Shown: positions 1 to 9,889, counted from the first letter of the stretch. The stretch is DNA of 64,000 bases from an uncultured Pelagibacteraceae bacterium (GCA_902524945.1 CABZFF010000002.1:79811-143810); one strand, 5' to 3'. Numbers and translations: made by a program. The notes: generated by a model not told the origin, from the letters alone.

Positions 1-188
1 CCGACGACTTTTTAAATATGTTAAAAAATAAATCGAAAATCACTTTAAACAGCTTATCAGAAGATCAAATAACAACTATATCCTCTTTATCAGGAGTTCA
101 GGAATTTCCAATGAGAATCAAATGTGCTACTATGGCATGGCACACACTTTTATCAGCATTAGATAAAAAGGTTCAAAATAATGAGTGA
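1..188 (+). CDS. sufU: SUF system NifU-family Fe-S scaffold/sulfur-transfer protein, 3' partial
   Basis: Manual translation from nt 3 gives ...LSGVQEFPMRIKCATMAWHTLLSAL...NE* (TGA 186-188); the FPxRxKCAxxxWH motif is typical of SufU; lies upstream of sufT. Confidence 0.88.
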   Translation, partial: DDFLNMLKNKSKITLNSLSEDQITTISSLSGVQEFPMRIKCATMAWHTLLSALDKKVQNNE

Positions 189-483
189 TTTGAAAGAAAA
201 AATTATTACCGAAATAAAAAAAATTTACGATCCAGAAATTCCAGTTAATATTTATGAATTGGGTTTGATATATAAAATCGAAGTTAATGAGGAAAATAAA
301 GTGATTGTTGAAATGACATTAACTTCACCGAATTGCCCCGTAGCTGAAAGTTTGCCAAACTCAGTTAAAGAGAATATATTAAAGATTGAGGGGATTAATG
401 ATGTTGATTTAAAGTTAGTTTGGGATCCTCCATGGACAAAAGATAAAATGTCTGAAGCAGCAAAATTAGAGTTGAATTTATGA
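181..483 (+). CDS. sufT: DUF59/SufT Fe-S assembly protein
   Basis: DPEIPVNIYELGLIY, MTLTSPNCP and WDPPW motifs. Confidence 0.92.
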   Translation: MSDLKEKIITEIKKIYDPEIPVNIYELGLIYKIEVNEENKVIVEMTLTSPNCPVAESLPNSVKENILKIEGINDVDLKLVWDPPWTKDKMSEAAKLELNL

Positions 484-818
484 GTGAACAAGTAATTAAA
501 CTAAGTGACAATGCAGCCAAAAGAATAAAACTTATCATGTCTAAAGCTGAACAATCCGCGGTAGGTGTGAGAGTTGGTGTAAAATCAGGCGGTTGTGCTG
601 GAATGTCTTACGTAATGGAATATGCAAAAGAAGTAAAGCCTAATGAAGAGGTAATAGAGGAAAAGGGAGTAAAAGTTTTTATAGATCCAAAAGCTATAAT
701 TTATTTATTAGGAACAGAAATGGACTACAAAAAAGAAAAATTTTCTTCTCAGTTTGTATTTAAAAATCCCAACGAAACAGAACGTTGCGGATGCGGAGAA
801 TCCTTCAAAATAGCTTAA
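480..818 (+). CDS. iscA: A-type Fe-S carrier (HesB/IscA/SufA family)
   Basis: GGCAGMSY and C-terminal CGCGESF motifs. Confidence 0.92.
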   Translation: MSEQVIKLSDNAAKRIKLIMSKAEQSAVGVRVGVKSGGCAGMSYVMEYAKEVKPNEEVIEEKGVKVFIDPKAIIYLLGTEMDYKKEKFSSQFVFKNPNETERCGCGESFKIA

Positions 819-849
819 TATTTAAAATAGATTTAGGGTTGTTTTATAT

Positions 850-872
850 AAATTAAGTTATTAACTTAATTT
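850..872. promoter_or_regulatory. Perfect 11-1-11 palindrome (operator candidate or AT-rich terminator hairpin) just upstream of the glutaminase start
   Basis: AAATTAAGTTA-T-TAACTTAATTT, ending 6 nt before the ATG at 879. Confidence 0.4.
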
Positions 873-878
873 TATTAT

Positions 879-2903
879 ATGAAAACTATATCTAATAAAG
901 ATATGTTATCTCTACTGGATAAGCTAAAAGCTAAGTCTAAAAGGGAAGCAAATATATTTTTCTCTTTATGTGAGAAAGATAGTGAAATAATTTCAACAAA
1001 AAAATTTAAAGATGTTTTGTTAAATTCAGGCTTAAGAGCCAAAGATAAAAGATTATATAATCTTTTTCAAAATTTAGATGCCCATGGTGATAGAATTGTA
1101 TTTGAGGATTTTATAGATATTATTCGAAGTTCAGAGTTGATTGTTGAAAAAGCATTACGAGGTGAACTCTCGATACCAGATTTTAGCTACTTTGCAAAAA
1201 ATTTAGACAACATGTTTGATGAGGTTAAAAAAATTAAATCAGGAGAATTGGCTTCGTATATTCCACCATTAGCCAATGTTGATCCAGACCAATTCGGTGT
1301 TGCAATTGTTACAACTGACGGTCAAATATATCAAAGAGGCGACAGTGAAGTTGATTTTTCAATTCAATCTATGTGTAAACCTTTTAATTACTGCTTTGCA
1401 ATGGAAAAATTAGGATTAGAAAAAGTCCATCAACATGTTGGTCAAGAACCTTCAGGAAGACAATTTGATGATCTTACTCTATTAGCTAGATCTGCTGTCG
1501 GTCAACTTAATCGCATACCTTTTAATCCAATGGTCAACGCTGGCGCTATAATGACAGCAGGTCTCATAGGTCCAGAGGACTCCCACAGTCAAAGATTGAG
1601 ATATATAAGACAACAATTTGGAAGATTAATAGGGTGGTCTCCAAAAGGTGAATTTAATACAGAGTTACCTAGATTTAATAAAGATATGGCACGACAGGAA
1701 AATTTTACAGGATATAACAATATTGCCATGGGTTATCTTTTGATGGCTACAGGCAATTTACCTCATACTAAAACTAAGTTGCACAACGACATTCATCCCG
1801 ATCAAGATGAATTTGATTTTTATTCTGAACCTGCAGTCACAGAAGCTCTTAAACTTTATTTTAGCATATGTTCATTAGAGATGACCTCAGTAAATTTTGC
1901 AACAGCTGCTGCTACACTTGCAAATAGCGGTGTTTGTCCTATTTCTCAAGATCGTGTGTTAAGCCAGAAAACAGTAAGAAACTGTTTACCTGTTTTACAA
2001 ACTAGTGGAATGTATAATGCCAGCGGTACATTCTTTCAACAAGTGGGATTACCAGCAAAAAGTGGAGTAGGAGGAGGAGTTATATTGATAGTTCCAAGAT
2101 TAATGGGAATATGTATTTTCTCTCCTCGTTTAGACGAACAAGGCAATAGTGTTAGAGGAATTGAAATGGCAAAAAAAATTACGTCTAAATATTTAGTTCA
2201 TACTTTTGATGGGACAATGACAGATACAGACCGTCTTGATCCAAAAATACCAATTTCAAAGTGGCGCGCTAATAGTTGTGGAGAAGCTATTTGGGCAGCA
2301 AGTAACGGCAATATTAGAACGTTGGAACGACTAGTGAGCGAACAAAGAGATCTTCAAATTGGAGATTACGATATGAGAACACCTTTGCATTTAGCATCAG
2401 CAGAAGGTCAGCTTGAAGCAGTTAAATTTTTACTTAAACAAGGTGTTAAACCAATTCCTGATCGTTGGGGAGGCTATGGTTATTTCGATGCAAAAAATAA
2501 TAACCATAAAGATATCGTAAAAGAATACGAAAAACTTGATATTAATTACACTCAAGCATCACATTTAGTAGAAGACCCAAATGGAAAGACAGATAAAATG
2601 GCAATTTATGATGATGAATTGGCAGTTATCGAATTATTATTTGCTGCTTTTGAAAATAACGTTGAGGGTATTCGAACCTTAATTGCAAAAGGAGTACCTG
2701 TACACGCAGGAGACTATGACTCTAGAACAGCTTTACATCTTGCAGCTGCTGAGGGTTGTATGGAGGTAGTTGAGTATTTAGTCTCGCATGGACACCCGCT
2801 ATTTGTTCGCGATAGATGGGGTGCTACACCTTTAGATGAGGCCAAGAGGGAAAAAAGAAAATCTGTATATAATTTTCTAAAAGATTTTAAGTTAAAAACT
2901 TAA
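879..2903 (+). CDS. glsA: Glutaminase with N-terminal EF-hand-like region and two C-terminal ankyrin-repeat modules
   Basis: Catalytic FSIQSMCKPF (SxxK), NPMVNAGAI, GMYNASG and GLPAKSGVGG motifs; ankyrin motifs DYDMRTPLHLASAEG and DYDSRTALHLAAAEG...DRWGATPLDEA. Confidence 0.93.
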   Translation: MKTISNKDMLSLLDKLKAKSKREANIFFSLCEKDSEIISTKKFKDVLLNSGLRAKDKRLYNLFQNLDAHGDRIVFEDFIDIIRSSELIVEKALRGELSIPDFSYFAKNLDNMFDEVKKIKSGELASYIPPLANVDPDQFGVAIVTTDGQIYQRGDSEVDFSIQSMCKPFNYCFAMEKLGLEKVHQHVGQEPSGRQFDDLTLLARSAVGQLNRIPFNPMVNAGAIMTAGLIGPEDSHSQRLRYIRQQFGRLIGWSPKGEFNTELPRFNKDMARQENFTGYNNIAMGYLLMATGNLPHTKTKLHNDIHPDQDEFDFYSEPAVTEALKLYFSICSLEMTSVNFATAAATLANSGVCPISQDRVLSQKTVRNCLPVLQTSGMYNASGTFFQQVGLPAKSGVGGGVILIVPRLMGICIFSPRLDEQGNSVRGIEMAKKITSKYLVHTFDGTMTDTDRLDPKIPISKWRANSCGEAIWAASNGNIRTLERLVSEQRDLQIGDYDMRTPLHLASAEGQLEAVKFLLKQGVKPIPDRWGGYGYFDAKNNNHKDIVKEYEKLDINYTQASHLVEDPNGKTDKMAIYDDELAVIELLFAAFENNVEGIRTLIAKGVPVHAGDYDSRTALHLAAAEGCMEVVEYLVSHGHPLFVRDRWGATPLDEAKREKRKSVYNFLKDFKLKT

Positions 2904-4306
2904 CAACTATAGTACATTTCGTATTCAATAGGATGCGGAGTATCTTGAAAGTTGTTTACTTCTTCCATTTTTAAGTCAATATAAGCATTTATTTGATCAT
3001 CAGTAAATACTCCACCCTCAGTTAAAAATTTTCTATCTTCATCTAATGCAACGCAAGCCTGCCTTAATGACGAGCAAACTGTTGGAATTCCTTTAACTTC
3101 TTCAGGGCCTAAGGCATACAAGTCTTGATCCATTGGCTTACCAGGCTTAATTTTATTTTTTATACCATCTATTCCAGCCATTAGCATAGATGCAAAAGTT
3201 AAATAAGGATTTCCAGATGCGTCTCCGAACCTAACTTCTACTCTTTTTCCTTTTGTGCTCGTGCTAAATGGTATTCTACAACTTGCGGATCTATTTCTAG
3301 ATGAATATGCTAAAAGTACTGGAGCTTCAAAACCAGGTATTAATCGTTTGTAACTATTAGTTGAAGCATTTGAAAAGGCGTTAAGTGCTCTGGCATGCTT
3401 AATAATACCACCAATGTAAAACAAGCATGTATCGGATAACCCGGCGTATTTGTCTCCAGCAAATAAAGGTTTTTCACCACTAAAAATTGATTGATGAACA
3501 TGCATTCCTGAACCGTTATCGTTCTTTACCGGTTTAGGCATGAATGTAGCTGTTTTACCAAAAGAGTGAGCTACATTATGAACTGCGTATTTATAAATTT
3601 GCATAGCATCACCTTGGTTAACTAAAGTATTAAATAATGTTCCTAGTTCATGTTGACTAGGTGCAACTTCATGGTGATGTTTTTCAACTTTAACACCCAT
3701 GTCTCTCATCGCTTTTAAACATTCAGATCTTAAATCTTGGGCGCTATCGACTGGTGGTACAGGGAAATACCCTCCTTTGACTTTTGGCCTGTGTCCCATA
3801 TTACCATTCTCGTATACTTTTCCAGTATTATAAGGACCTTCGGCACTATCGACTTCATAACTTACTTTATTCATTTGGTTCGAAAACCTTACATCATCAA
3901 ATACAAAAAATTCTGGTTCAGGACCAAAATAAGCCTTATCTCCTATCTTAGTTTTTTTAAGATATTCTTCTGCTTTTTTTGCTGTTGATCGTGGATCTCT
4001 CTCATAAAATGTTTTAGAGATTGGATCCATTACATCACAAAAAAGAGATAATGTAGTATGTGAAAAAAACGGATCAATAAAACTGCTTGTTAGATCAGGC
4101 TTTAAAATCATATCTGACTCATTAATTGCTTTCCAACCAGCAATAGAGGAACCGTCAAAGAAAATTCCATCGTTAAGCATATCTTCATCTACAGTCATCA
4201 AGTCCTGAGTTACATGCTGTAATTTACCTCTTGGATCAGTAAATCTTAAATCTACGTATTCAACTTGTTTATCTTTGATAAGCTTTAGTATATTTTTAGC
4301 ACTCAT
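2900..4306 (-). CDS. glnA: Glutamine synthetase type I
   Basis: FDGSSIAGW, HHHEVA, FMPKP, NGSGMHVHQS, GFEAPVLLAYSSRNRS; adenylylation-site Tyr in DQDLY. Confidence 0.98.
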   Translation of the reverse strand: MSAKNILKLIKDKQVEYVDLRFTDPRGKLQHVTQDLMTVDEDMLNDGIFFDGSSIAGWKAINESDMILKPDLTSSFIDPFFSHTTLSLFCDVMDPISKTFYERDPRSTAKKAEEYLKKTKIGDKAYFGPEPEFFVFDDVRFSNQMNKVSYEVDSAEGPYNTGKVYENGNMGHRPKVKGGYFPVPPVDSAQDLRSECLKAMRDMGVKVEKHHHEVAPSQHELGTLFNTLVNQGDAMQIYKYAVHNVAHSFGKTATFMPKPVKNDNGSGMHVHQSIFSGEKPLFAGDKYAGLSDTCLFYIGGIIKHARALNAFSNASTNSYKRLIPGFEAPVLLAYSSRNRSASCRIPFSTSTKGKRVEVRFGDASGNPYLTFASMLMAGIDGIKNKIKPGKPMDQDLYALGPEEVKGIPTVCSSLRQACVALDEDRKFLTEGGVFTDDQINAYIDLKMEEVNNFQDTPHPIEYEMYYSC

Positions 4307-4430
4307 TTGATTGTACCTTACTATTTAGAAATTTAACTAATTAAAACATATATAATGAAATTTTTTGTAAGAACAATTAAAAACTGATATTAGGTATGCA
4401 TTTTATACATAAATACAATCTAGAATTGAA

Positions 4431-5318
4431 ATGAGAGAAGCAAATACATTTGAGTTATCACTATTAATTTTATTAGCAGTTATATGGGGCTCATCATTTT
4501 TTAATATCAAAATAGCAACTTATTCTTATGATCCAATTACACTCGCGTTAGTAAGAGTTATTTTTGCTAGCATTCCCCTTTTACTTATTTGCAAATTAAG
4601 GAAAATTAAGATTGAAGCTTTTACAGAAAATTGGAAATGGTATGCATTGATTGGATTGTTTAATATCGCTATACCATTTGTATTAATAGCTATTGGAACT
4701 GCAAAAATTAATAGTTACCTGGCTGCAATTTTAATGAGCACCACTCCTTTGAGCGGTTCAATACTCGCTCATTTTTTCACAAAAGATGAAAAATTATCTT
4801 TTTACAAATCTTTAGGTGTTTTAATCGGTTTTAGTGGAATTGTTTTATTATTTTTTGATAAAGTTGTCATCAATAGTGAAAATTATATTTTTGCATTAAT
4901 TACTATCCTAGGATCAACATTTTATTGTATTGGTGGTCTTTTAACCTTAAAACTTAAAAATGAAAAAAACGAAAATGTTACTACTTCAACTACATTATGG
5001 TCAGTGATTTTTTTATTACCTTTTTCATTAATACTAGAAAGCCCTTGGAACTCTAACCCAACATTAGCATCAACATTGTCATTATTTTATTTGGGTGTAA
5101 TTGCTACTGGTTTTGCGTGGTTAATAAGATTTAGAATACTAACTGTAAACGGGCTAGTTTTTCAAACTCAAGTAGCATATTTAATTCCAATTTTTGGAAT
5201 TATTTTTGGTTATTTTTTAATGGATGAAATAATTACTTGGAGAGTTTTAGTTTCATTAGTTATAATCCTTTTAGGAATTTTTATATTTAAAAAAAATAAT
5301 AAAGGAAACAAAGAATAA
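4431..5318 (+). CDS. EamA/DMT family transporter
   Basis: About 10 TM helices; IWGSSF motif; duplicated EamA pattern. Confidence 0.88.
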   Translation: MREANTFELSLLILLAVIWGSSFFNIKIATYSYDPITLALVRVIFASIPLLLICKLRKIKIEAFTENWKWYALIGLFNIAIPFVLIAIGTAKINSYLAAILMSTTPLSGSILAHFFTKDEKLSFYKSLGVLIGFSGIVLLFFDKVVINSENYIFALITILGSTFYCIGGLLTLKLKNEKNENVTTSTTLWSVIFLLPFSLILESPWNSNPTLASTLSLFYLGVIATGFAWLIRFRILTVNGLVFQTQVAYLIPIFGIIFGYFLMDEIITWRVLVSLVIILLGIFIFKKNNKGNKE

Positions 5319-6380
5319 ATGGGATCAGAGTCTATCGAAGCAAGTTTTTTATCAATTTTTGCTTTAATCAGTTTTTTTATTTTTTTACTTGTCAGCAAGT
5401 ACTCTTACAAAATTAAAGGAGGCGCTTTACTTGATAGTGATTTTTCGAAACCGCAAGCATTTCACACCACTGTAGTAACTCGAAGCGGGGGAGTGGCCGC
5501 AATTATTTCTTTAAGCATTTTTTTTGCAATTTATTATTTGTTATACACAAAAATTTTATATGACTATATTTTGATAAGTTATTCTGTTTTTTTTGTTGGA
5601 TTTTTGGACGATCTAAGAATTAACATAAAGCCATTAAGACGATTAATTATTATGGTTTTTCTTCTCTTTTTAATTATTTATATCTTACCTATAAAAATTT
5701 TTAATATCGATATACCATTTTTAATTCCATTAATGTCTTACAATTTGTTCTCTTCAATATTCGTATTATTATGTTTTTTATTTATTATAAATGGCTCTAA
5801 TTTAATAGATGGATTTAATGGTTTGTTGGCGATAAATTTAATTATTATAAATTCAATATTAACGTATTTAAACTTGAATAATCAAAATTTAGAATTTTCA
5901 ATTTTGTTGATTTCCCAAATTATAATACTTTTATCTTTTTTATTATTTAATTTTCCAAGTGCAAAAATCTTTCTTGGTGATAGCGGGGCTTATACTATGG
6001 GAGCCTTAACTAGTTTAAATACTATAATTACTAATAATTTGAATCCTAATATTTCCTCATTTTTCTTTTGTTCACTTCTATTTTATTTATTTTTTGAGGT
6101 ATTCTTCTCATTTTTGAGAAAATTATCACAAAACAAATCTCCTATTTATCCAGATGATAAACATTTACATATGCTGAGTTTTTATAAGATTTCTAATATT
6201 TATGAAAAAAATAAAGCTAATTACTTAAATTCACTCATAATAAATATTTTTTATTTAATTTTAATAATTCCTGGGTTGTACATATTAGAAGATCCTCAAT
6301 TAAGTAAGTATTGGTTTTTTATCTTATTATTAATTTACCTAGTAATTTACTCAACACTTTATCGTTTAATAAAAAATTAA
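5319..6380 (+). CDS. WecA/TagO-like polyprenyl-phosphate HexNAc-1-phosphate transferase (MraY-like family)
   Basis: GFLDDL, NLIDGFNGL, FLGDSGAY and PDDKHLH motifs; polytopic membrane protein. Confidence 0.85.
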   Translation: MGSESIEASFLSIFALISFFIFLLVSKYSYKIKGGALLDSDFSKPQAFHTTVVTRSGGVAAIISLSIFFAIYYLLYTKILYDYILISYSVFFVGFLDDLRINIKPLRRLIIMVFLLFLIIYILPIKIFNIDIPFLIPLMSYNLFSSIFVLLCFLFIINGSNLIDGFNGLLAINLIIINSILTYLNLNNQNLEFSILLISQIIILLSFLLFNFPSAKIFLGDSGAYTMGALTSLNTIITNNLNPNISSFFFCSLLFYLFFEVFFSFLRKLSQNKSPIYPDDKHLHMLSFYKISNIYEKNKANYLNSLIINIFYLILIIPGLYILEDPQLSKYWFFILLLIYLVIYSTLYRLIKN

Positions 6381-6408
6381 TTTGATATATAAAACTCGTT
6401 TAAGAATT

Positions 6409-6493
6409 GGGCAAGTGGCGGAATTGGTATACGCGCTGGTCTTAGAAACCAGTGCCGCAAGGCTTAAGAGTTCGAGTCTCTTCTTGCCCACCA
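6409..6493 (+). tRNA. tRNA-Leu(TAG)
   Basis: Acceptor stem GGGCAAG/CTTGCCC-A-CCA, anticodon arm CTGGT-CTTAGAA-ACCAG, long variable arm, TTCGA T-loop. Confidence 0.97.
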
Positions 6494-6500
6494 AAACATT

Positions 6501-7871
6501 ATGAAAGTAGAAATAAAATCAAAAAAAGGACTTAGAACAATTTTATCCATTATAGTTAATAAAAAAAATATAAAGTCAAAAATGGATGAGAAACTTAAAG
6601 AGCTTCAAAAAGAAATTGCTTTAAAAGGATTTAGGCCAGGCAAAGTTCCGCCGGAAGTAATTAAAAATCAATTTGGTAAAACTATTTACGGCGAAGTTAT
6701 CGACAAAATTTTAAGAGAGACAACTACTAAAGCTATAGACGAAAAAAAATTAAAAGTTGCTGGTCAACCTAAAATTGATTTAAAACAGTTTGGTGAGGGA
6801 AAAGATTTGAATTACGAGCTTCAGATAGACTGTTTACCAAGCGTAACTTTAAAAAGTTTTGATAAGTTTAAAGCTACAAGCTTTAAAATAAAGCTAGAGG
6901 ATAAAATTATTGATAACAAATTAAAAGAAATTGCAAATCAAAATAAACAGTTTGAGGAAAGAAATGCAAATGAAAGAGCAATCAACGGAGATCAAGTTAT
7001 CTTTGATTATTCAGCCACAGTTGATGGTAATAAATTTGATGGTGGTGAAGGAAAAAGTGTTCAGTTAGAGTTAGGAAAAGATCTATTTTTAAAAGGTTTT
7101 GACTCTCAGTTATTAGGTGTAAAAAAAAATGATACAAAAATTTTAAACGCTGTGCTGCCACCTAACCATCCTAAAAAGGAACTTGCCAATAAAAAATCGA
7201 AGTTTGAATGTAAAATTCTTAATGTAAAAAAACCCAAGGAAAGTAAAGTTGATGACAATTTTGCAAAATTGATGGGCGCAAAAAATGTCAAAGACTTAAA
7301 ATCCTTGATTGAAAAACAAATTTCGAGTCAATATTCGCAGGCATTAAATTCAATAACAAAAAAAGAAATTTTAGATCAAATAGAAAAAAATCACCAAGTT
7401 GACTTACCTCAAAATTTAATTGATCAAGAAATTTTAATAATGACACAAAACTTAAAACCAGAAGAAAAAGAAAAATATAAATCAAATAATGAAAAACTAG
7501 CCAAATCAAGAATAAAACTAGGCTTAATACTTAACGAGTATGGAGAAAAAAATAATTTAAAAGTATCTGATGAGGAAGTTAAAAATGAAATACAAAAACA
7601 AATAAAAGGAATGCCGGGTCAAGAAAAAATGATTTTTGAGTATTACCAAAAAAATCCAAGTGCTACTCAAAATTTAAAAGGTTCTTTATACGAGGAAAAA
7701 ATTGTAGAACTAATAAAATCGAAAATTAAAATCACATCTAAAGAAATTAACTCAGTTGAGGCTGAAAAAATTATTGCAAGTTTTAATAAACCAAATGCAA
7801 TCGAAGAGAAATCCAAACCAGAGCCCTCTACAAAAATTAAGTCTAAATCAAAAAAAATTAGTAAAAAGTAA
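6501..7871 (+). CDS. tig: Trigger factor
   Basis: GFRPGKVP ribosome-binding motif, FKBP domain, tig-clpP-clpX-lon synteny. Confidence 0.97.
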   Translation: MKVEIKSKKGLRTILSIIVNKKNIKSKMDEKLKELQKEIALKGFRPGKVPPEVIKNQFGKTIYGEVIDKILRETTTKAIDEKKLKVAGQPKIDLKQFGEGKDLNYELQIDCLPSVTLKSFDKFKATSFKIKLEDKIIDNKLKEIANQNKQFEERNANERAINGDQVIFDYSATVDGNKFDGGEGKSVQLELGKDLFLKGFDSQLLGVKKNDTKILNAVLPPNHPKKELANKKSKFECKILNVKKPKESKVDDNFAKLMGAKNVKDLKSLIEKQISSQYSQALNSITKKEILDQIEKNHQVDLPQNLIDQEILIMTQNLKPEEKEKYKSNNEKLAKSRIKLGLILNEYGEKNNLKVSDEEVKNEIQKQIKGMPGQEKMIFEYYQKNPSATQNLKGSLYEEKIVELIKSKIKITSKEINSVEAEKIIASFNKPNAIEEKSKPEPSTKIKSKSKKISKK

Positions 7872-7893
7872 TCAATAGTTGTATAAGGCTTCT

Positions 7894-8505
7894 ATGAGTC
7901 GTAATTTTGAAGAAAAAATGAATAGTCTTATCCCTATGGTTGTTGAGCAAACCAGTAAAGGTGAAAGAGCCTATGATATTTATTCTAGACTTTTAAAAGA
8001 AAGAATAGTTTTTTTAGTTGGCCCTGTTAATGATGCTGTAGCATCATTAGTCACTGCACAATTATTATTTTTAGAATCTGAAAATCCAAACAAGGAAATA
8101 AATTTTTATATTAACAGCCCAGGAGGTTTGGTAACCGCAGGCTTAGGTATTTATGATACAATGCAATATATTAATTCTCCTGTATCGACTTTATGCATAG
8201 GACAAGCATCTTCAATGGGTTCATTTTTGTTAGCAGCAGGAGAAAAAGGCAAAAGATTTTCTCTTCCAAATTCAAGAATAATGGTTCATCAACCCTCTGC
8301 TGGTTTTCAAGGCCAGGCAACTGATATTCAAATTCATGCCAAAGAAATATTATCTTTGAAAGAAAGGCTCAATAAAATTTATTCTAAACATACCGGAAAA
8401 AACATAAATGAGATTTCTGAAGCTTTAGAGAGAGATAATTTTATGACAGCGGATGAAGCAAAAAAATTCGGTCTAATTGACTCCGTTGTGGAAAAAAGAA
8501 AATAA
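7894..8505 (+). CDS. clpP: ATP-dependent Clp protease proteolytic subunit
   Basis: [31 protein letters not shown]; ATG 7894 preferred over TTG 7879. Confidence 0.98.
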   Translation: MSRNFEEKMNSLIPMVVEQTSKGERAYDIYSRLLKERIVFLVGPVNDAVASLVTAQLLFLESENPNKEINFYINSPGGLVTAGLGIYDTMQYINSPVSTLCIGQASSMGSFLLAAGEKGKRFSLPNSRIMVHQPSAGFQGQATDIQIHAKEILSLKERLNKIYSKHTGKNINEISEALERDNFMTADEAKKFGLIDSVVEKRK

Positions 8506-8538
8506 AGCACTAGATATAGCTTATCTTACAACTTCAAC

Positions 8539-8567
8539 TTGATATGCCAATCCTGGATAATTATAAT
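8539..8567 (+). promoter_or_regulatory. Sigma70-type promoter of clpX
   Basis: TTGATA (8539-8544)-N17-TATAAT (8562-8567), ending 17 nt before the clpX ATG. Confidence 0.7.
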
Positions 8568-8584
8568 GAATGTATTGATTCGTT

Positions 8585-9838
8585 ATGAGTGAAAAAAATA
8601 ACAAAAATATTCTTTACTGTTCTTTTTGCGGAAAGAGCCAACACGAAGTCAGAAAATTAATTGCTGGCCCAACAGTTTTTATTTGTGACGAATGTGTTGA
8701 GCTCTGCATGGACATTATCAAAGAGGAAAATAAAAGTTCTTTTATAAAACATCAAGATGGCGTTCCTTCACCAAAAGAGATTTGTACTGTACTTGATGAA
8801 TATGTCATAGGACAGAAGCTTGCAAAAGAAATTTTATCAGTGGCTGTTCACAACCATTACAAAAGACTTAACCATGTAACAAAAAATAATAAAGAAGTCG
8901 AATTATCAAAATCTAATATTTTATTAGTTGGTCCAACTGGGTGTGGAAAAACCCTTTTAGCTCAAACTCTTGCAAGAATTTTAGATGTTCCTTTTACTAT
9001 GGCAGACGCAACAACATTGACAGAAGCAGGTTATGTCGGAGAAGATGTAGAGAATATTATATTAAAATTATTGCAAGCTGCAGATTATAATGTTGAAAAA
9101 GCTCAAAGAGGAATTGTTTACATAGATGAAGTAGATAAAATAAGTAGAAAATCTGAAAATCCTTCTATAACAAGAGATGTTTCTGGAGAAGGAGTACAAC
9201 AAGCATTATTGAAAATAATGGAAGGTACAATAGCTAGTGTTCCTCCTCAAGGTGGAAGAAAACATCCTCAGCAAGAATTTTTACAAGTAGACACAACAAA
9301 TATTCTATTTATTTGTGGAGGAGCATTTGCTGGGCTTGAAAAATTAATTGATAGCAGAGGTAAAGGAAGCTCAATTGGATTTGGAGCAAAAGTAAAAAAT
9401 TACAAAGAACAGCCTTTATCAGAAATTATGAAATTGTTAGAGCCTGAAGATTTAATTAAATATGGTTTAATTCCTGAATTTATTGGAAGAATGCCAATTA
9501 TCGCTACTTTAGATGACTTAGATGAAAAATCTCTGGTGAAAATTTTAAAAGAACCAAAAAACTCCTTAATCAAACAATACAAAAGATTATTTGAGTTTGA
9601 AGATGTAGAATTAGAATTCAAAGACGATGCAGTTTTAGAAATTGCTAAAAAAGCTATTTCAAAAAAAACTGGTGCTAGAGGTTTAAGATCTATTTTAGAG
9701 AACATTCTATTGAAAACAATGTTTGAATTACCTGATATGGAGGATGTAATCAAAGTGACCGTAGACAGCTCTTCTGTTAAAGGCAAATCAGAACCCATTG
9801 TCACATACGGTAAAAAATCATCAACATCAGTAGCTTAA
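8585..9838 (+). CDS. clpX: Clp protease ATP-binding subunit ClpX
   Basis: CSFCGK zinc finger, GPTGCGKT Walker A, IGF loop. Confidence 0.98.
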   Translation: MSEKNNKNILYCSFCGKSQHEVRKLIAGPTVFICDECVELCMDIIKEENKSSFIKHQDGVPSPKEICTVLDEYVIGQKLAKEILSVAVHNHYKRLNHVTKNNKEVELSKSNILLVGPTGCGKTLLAQTLARILDVPFTMADATTLTEAGYVGEDVENIILKLLQAADYNVEKAQRGIVYIDEVDKISRKSENPSITRDVSGEGVQQALLKIMEGTIASVPPQGGRKHPQQEFLQVDTTNILFICGGAFAGLEKLIDSRGKGSSIGFGAKVKNYKEQPLSEIMKLLEPEDLIKYGLIPEFIGRMPIIATLDDLDEKSLVKILKEPKNSLIKQYKRLFEFEDVELEFKDDAVLEIAKKAISKKTGARGLRSILENILLKTMFELPDMEDVIKVTVDSSSVKGKSEPIVTYGKKSSTSVA

Positions 9839-9852
9839 ACTTTAATTTGCTT

Positions 9853-9880
9853 CTTGAAATTATCATATTAATTGTCATAT
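9853..9880 (+). promoter_or_regulatory. Possible RpoH (sigma32)-type promoter of lon
   Basis: CTTGAA (9853-9858)-N15-GTCATAT (9874-9880), 9 nt before the ATG; resembles heat-shock consensus CTTGAA..CCCATAT. Confidence 0.4.
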
Positions 9881-9889
9881 TAAGTATTA

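Noticed and set aside
4307-4430. Possible glutamine riboswitch, NtrC site or sigma54 promoter upstream of glnA
   Set aside because: The spacer is very AT-rich, with no convincing stems, TGCAC-N7-GTGCA or GG-N10-GC match
7790-7871. Lys-rich C-terminal tail of trigger factor
   Set aside because: Low-complexity basic tails are common on alphaproteobacterial Tig
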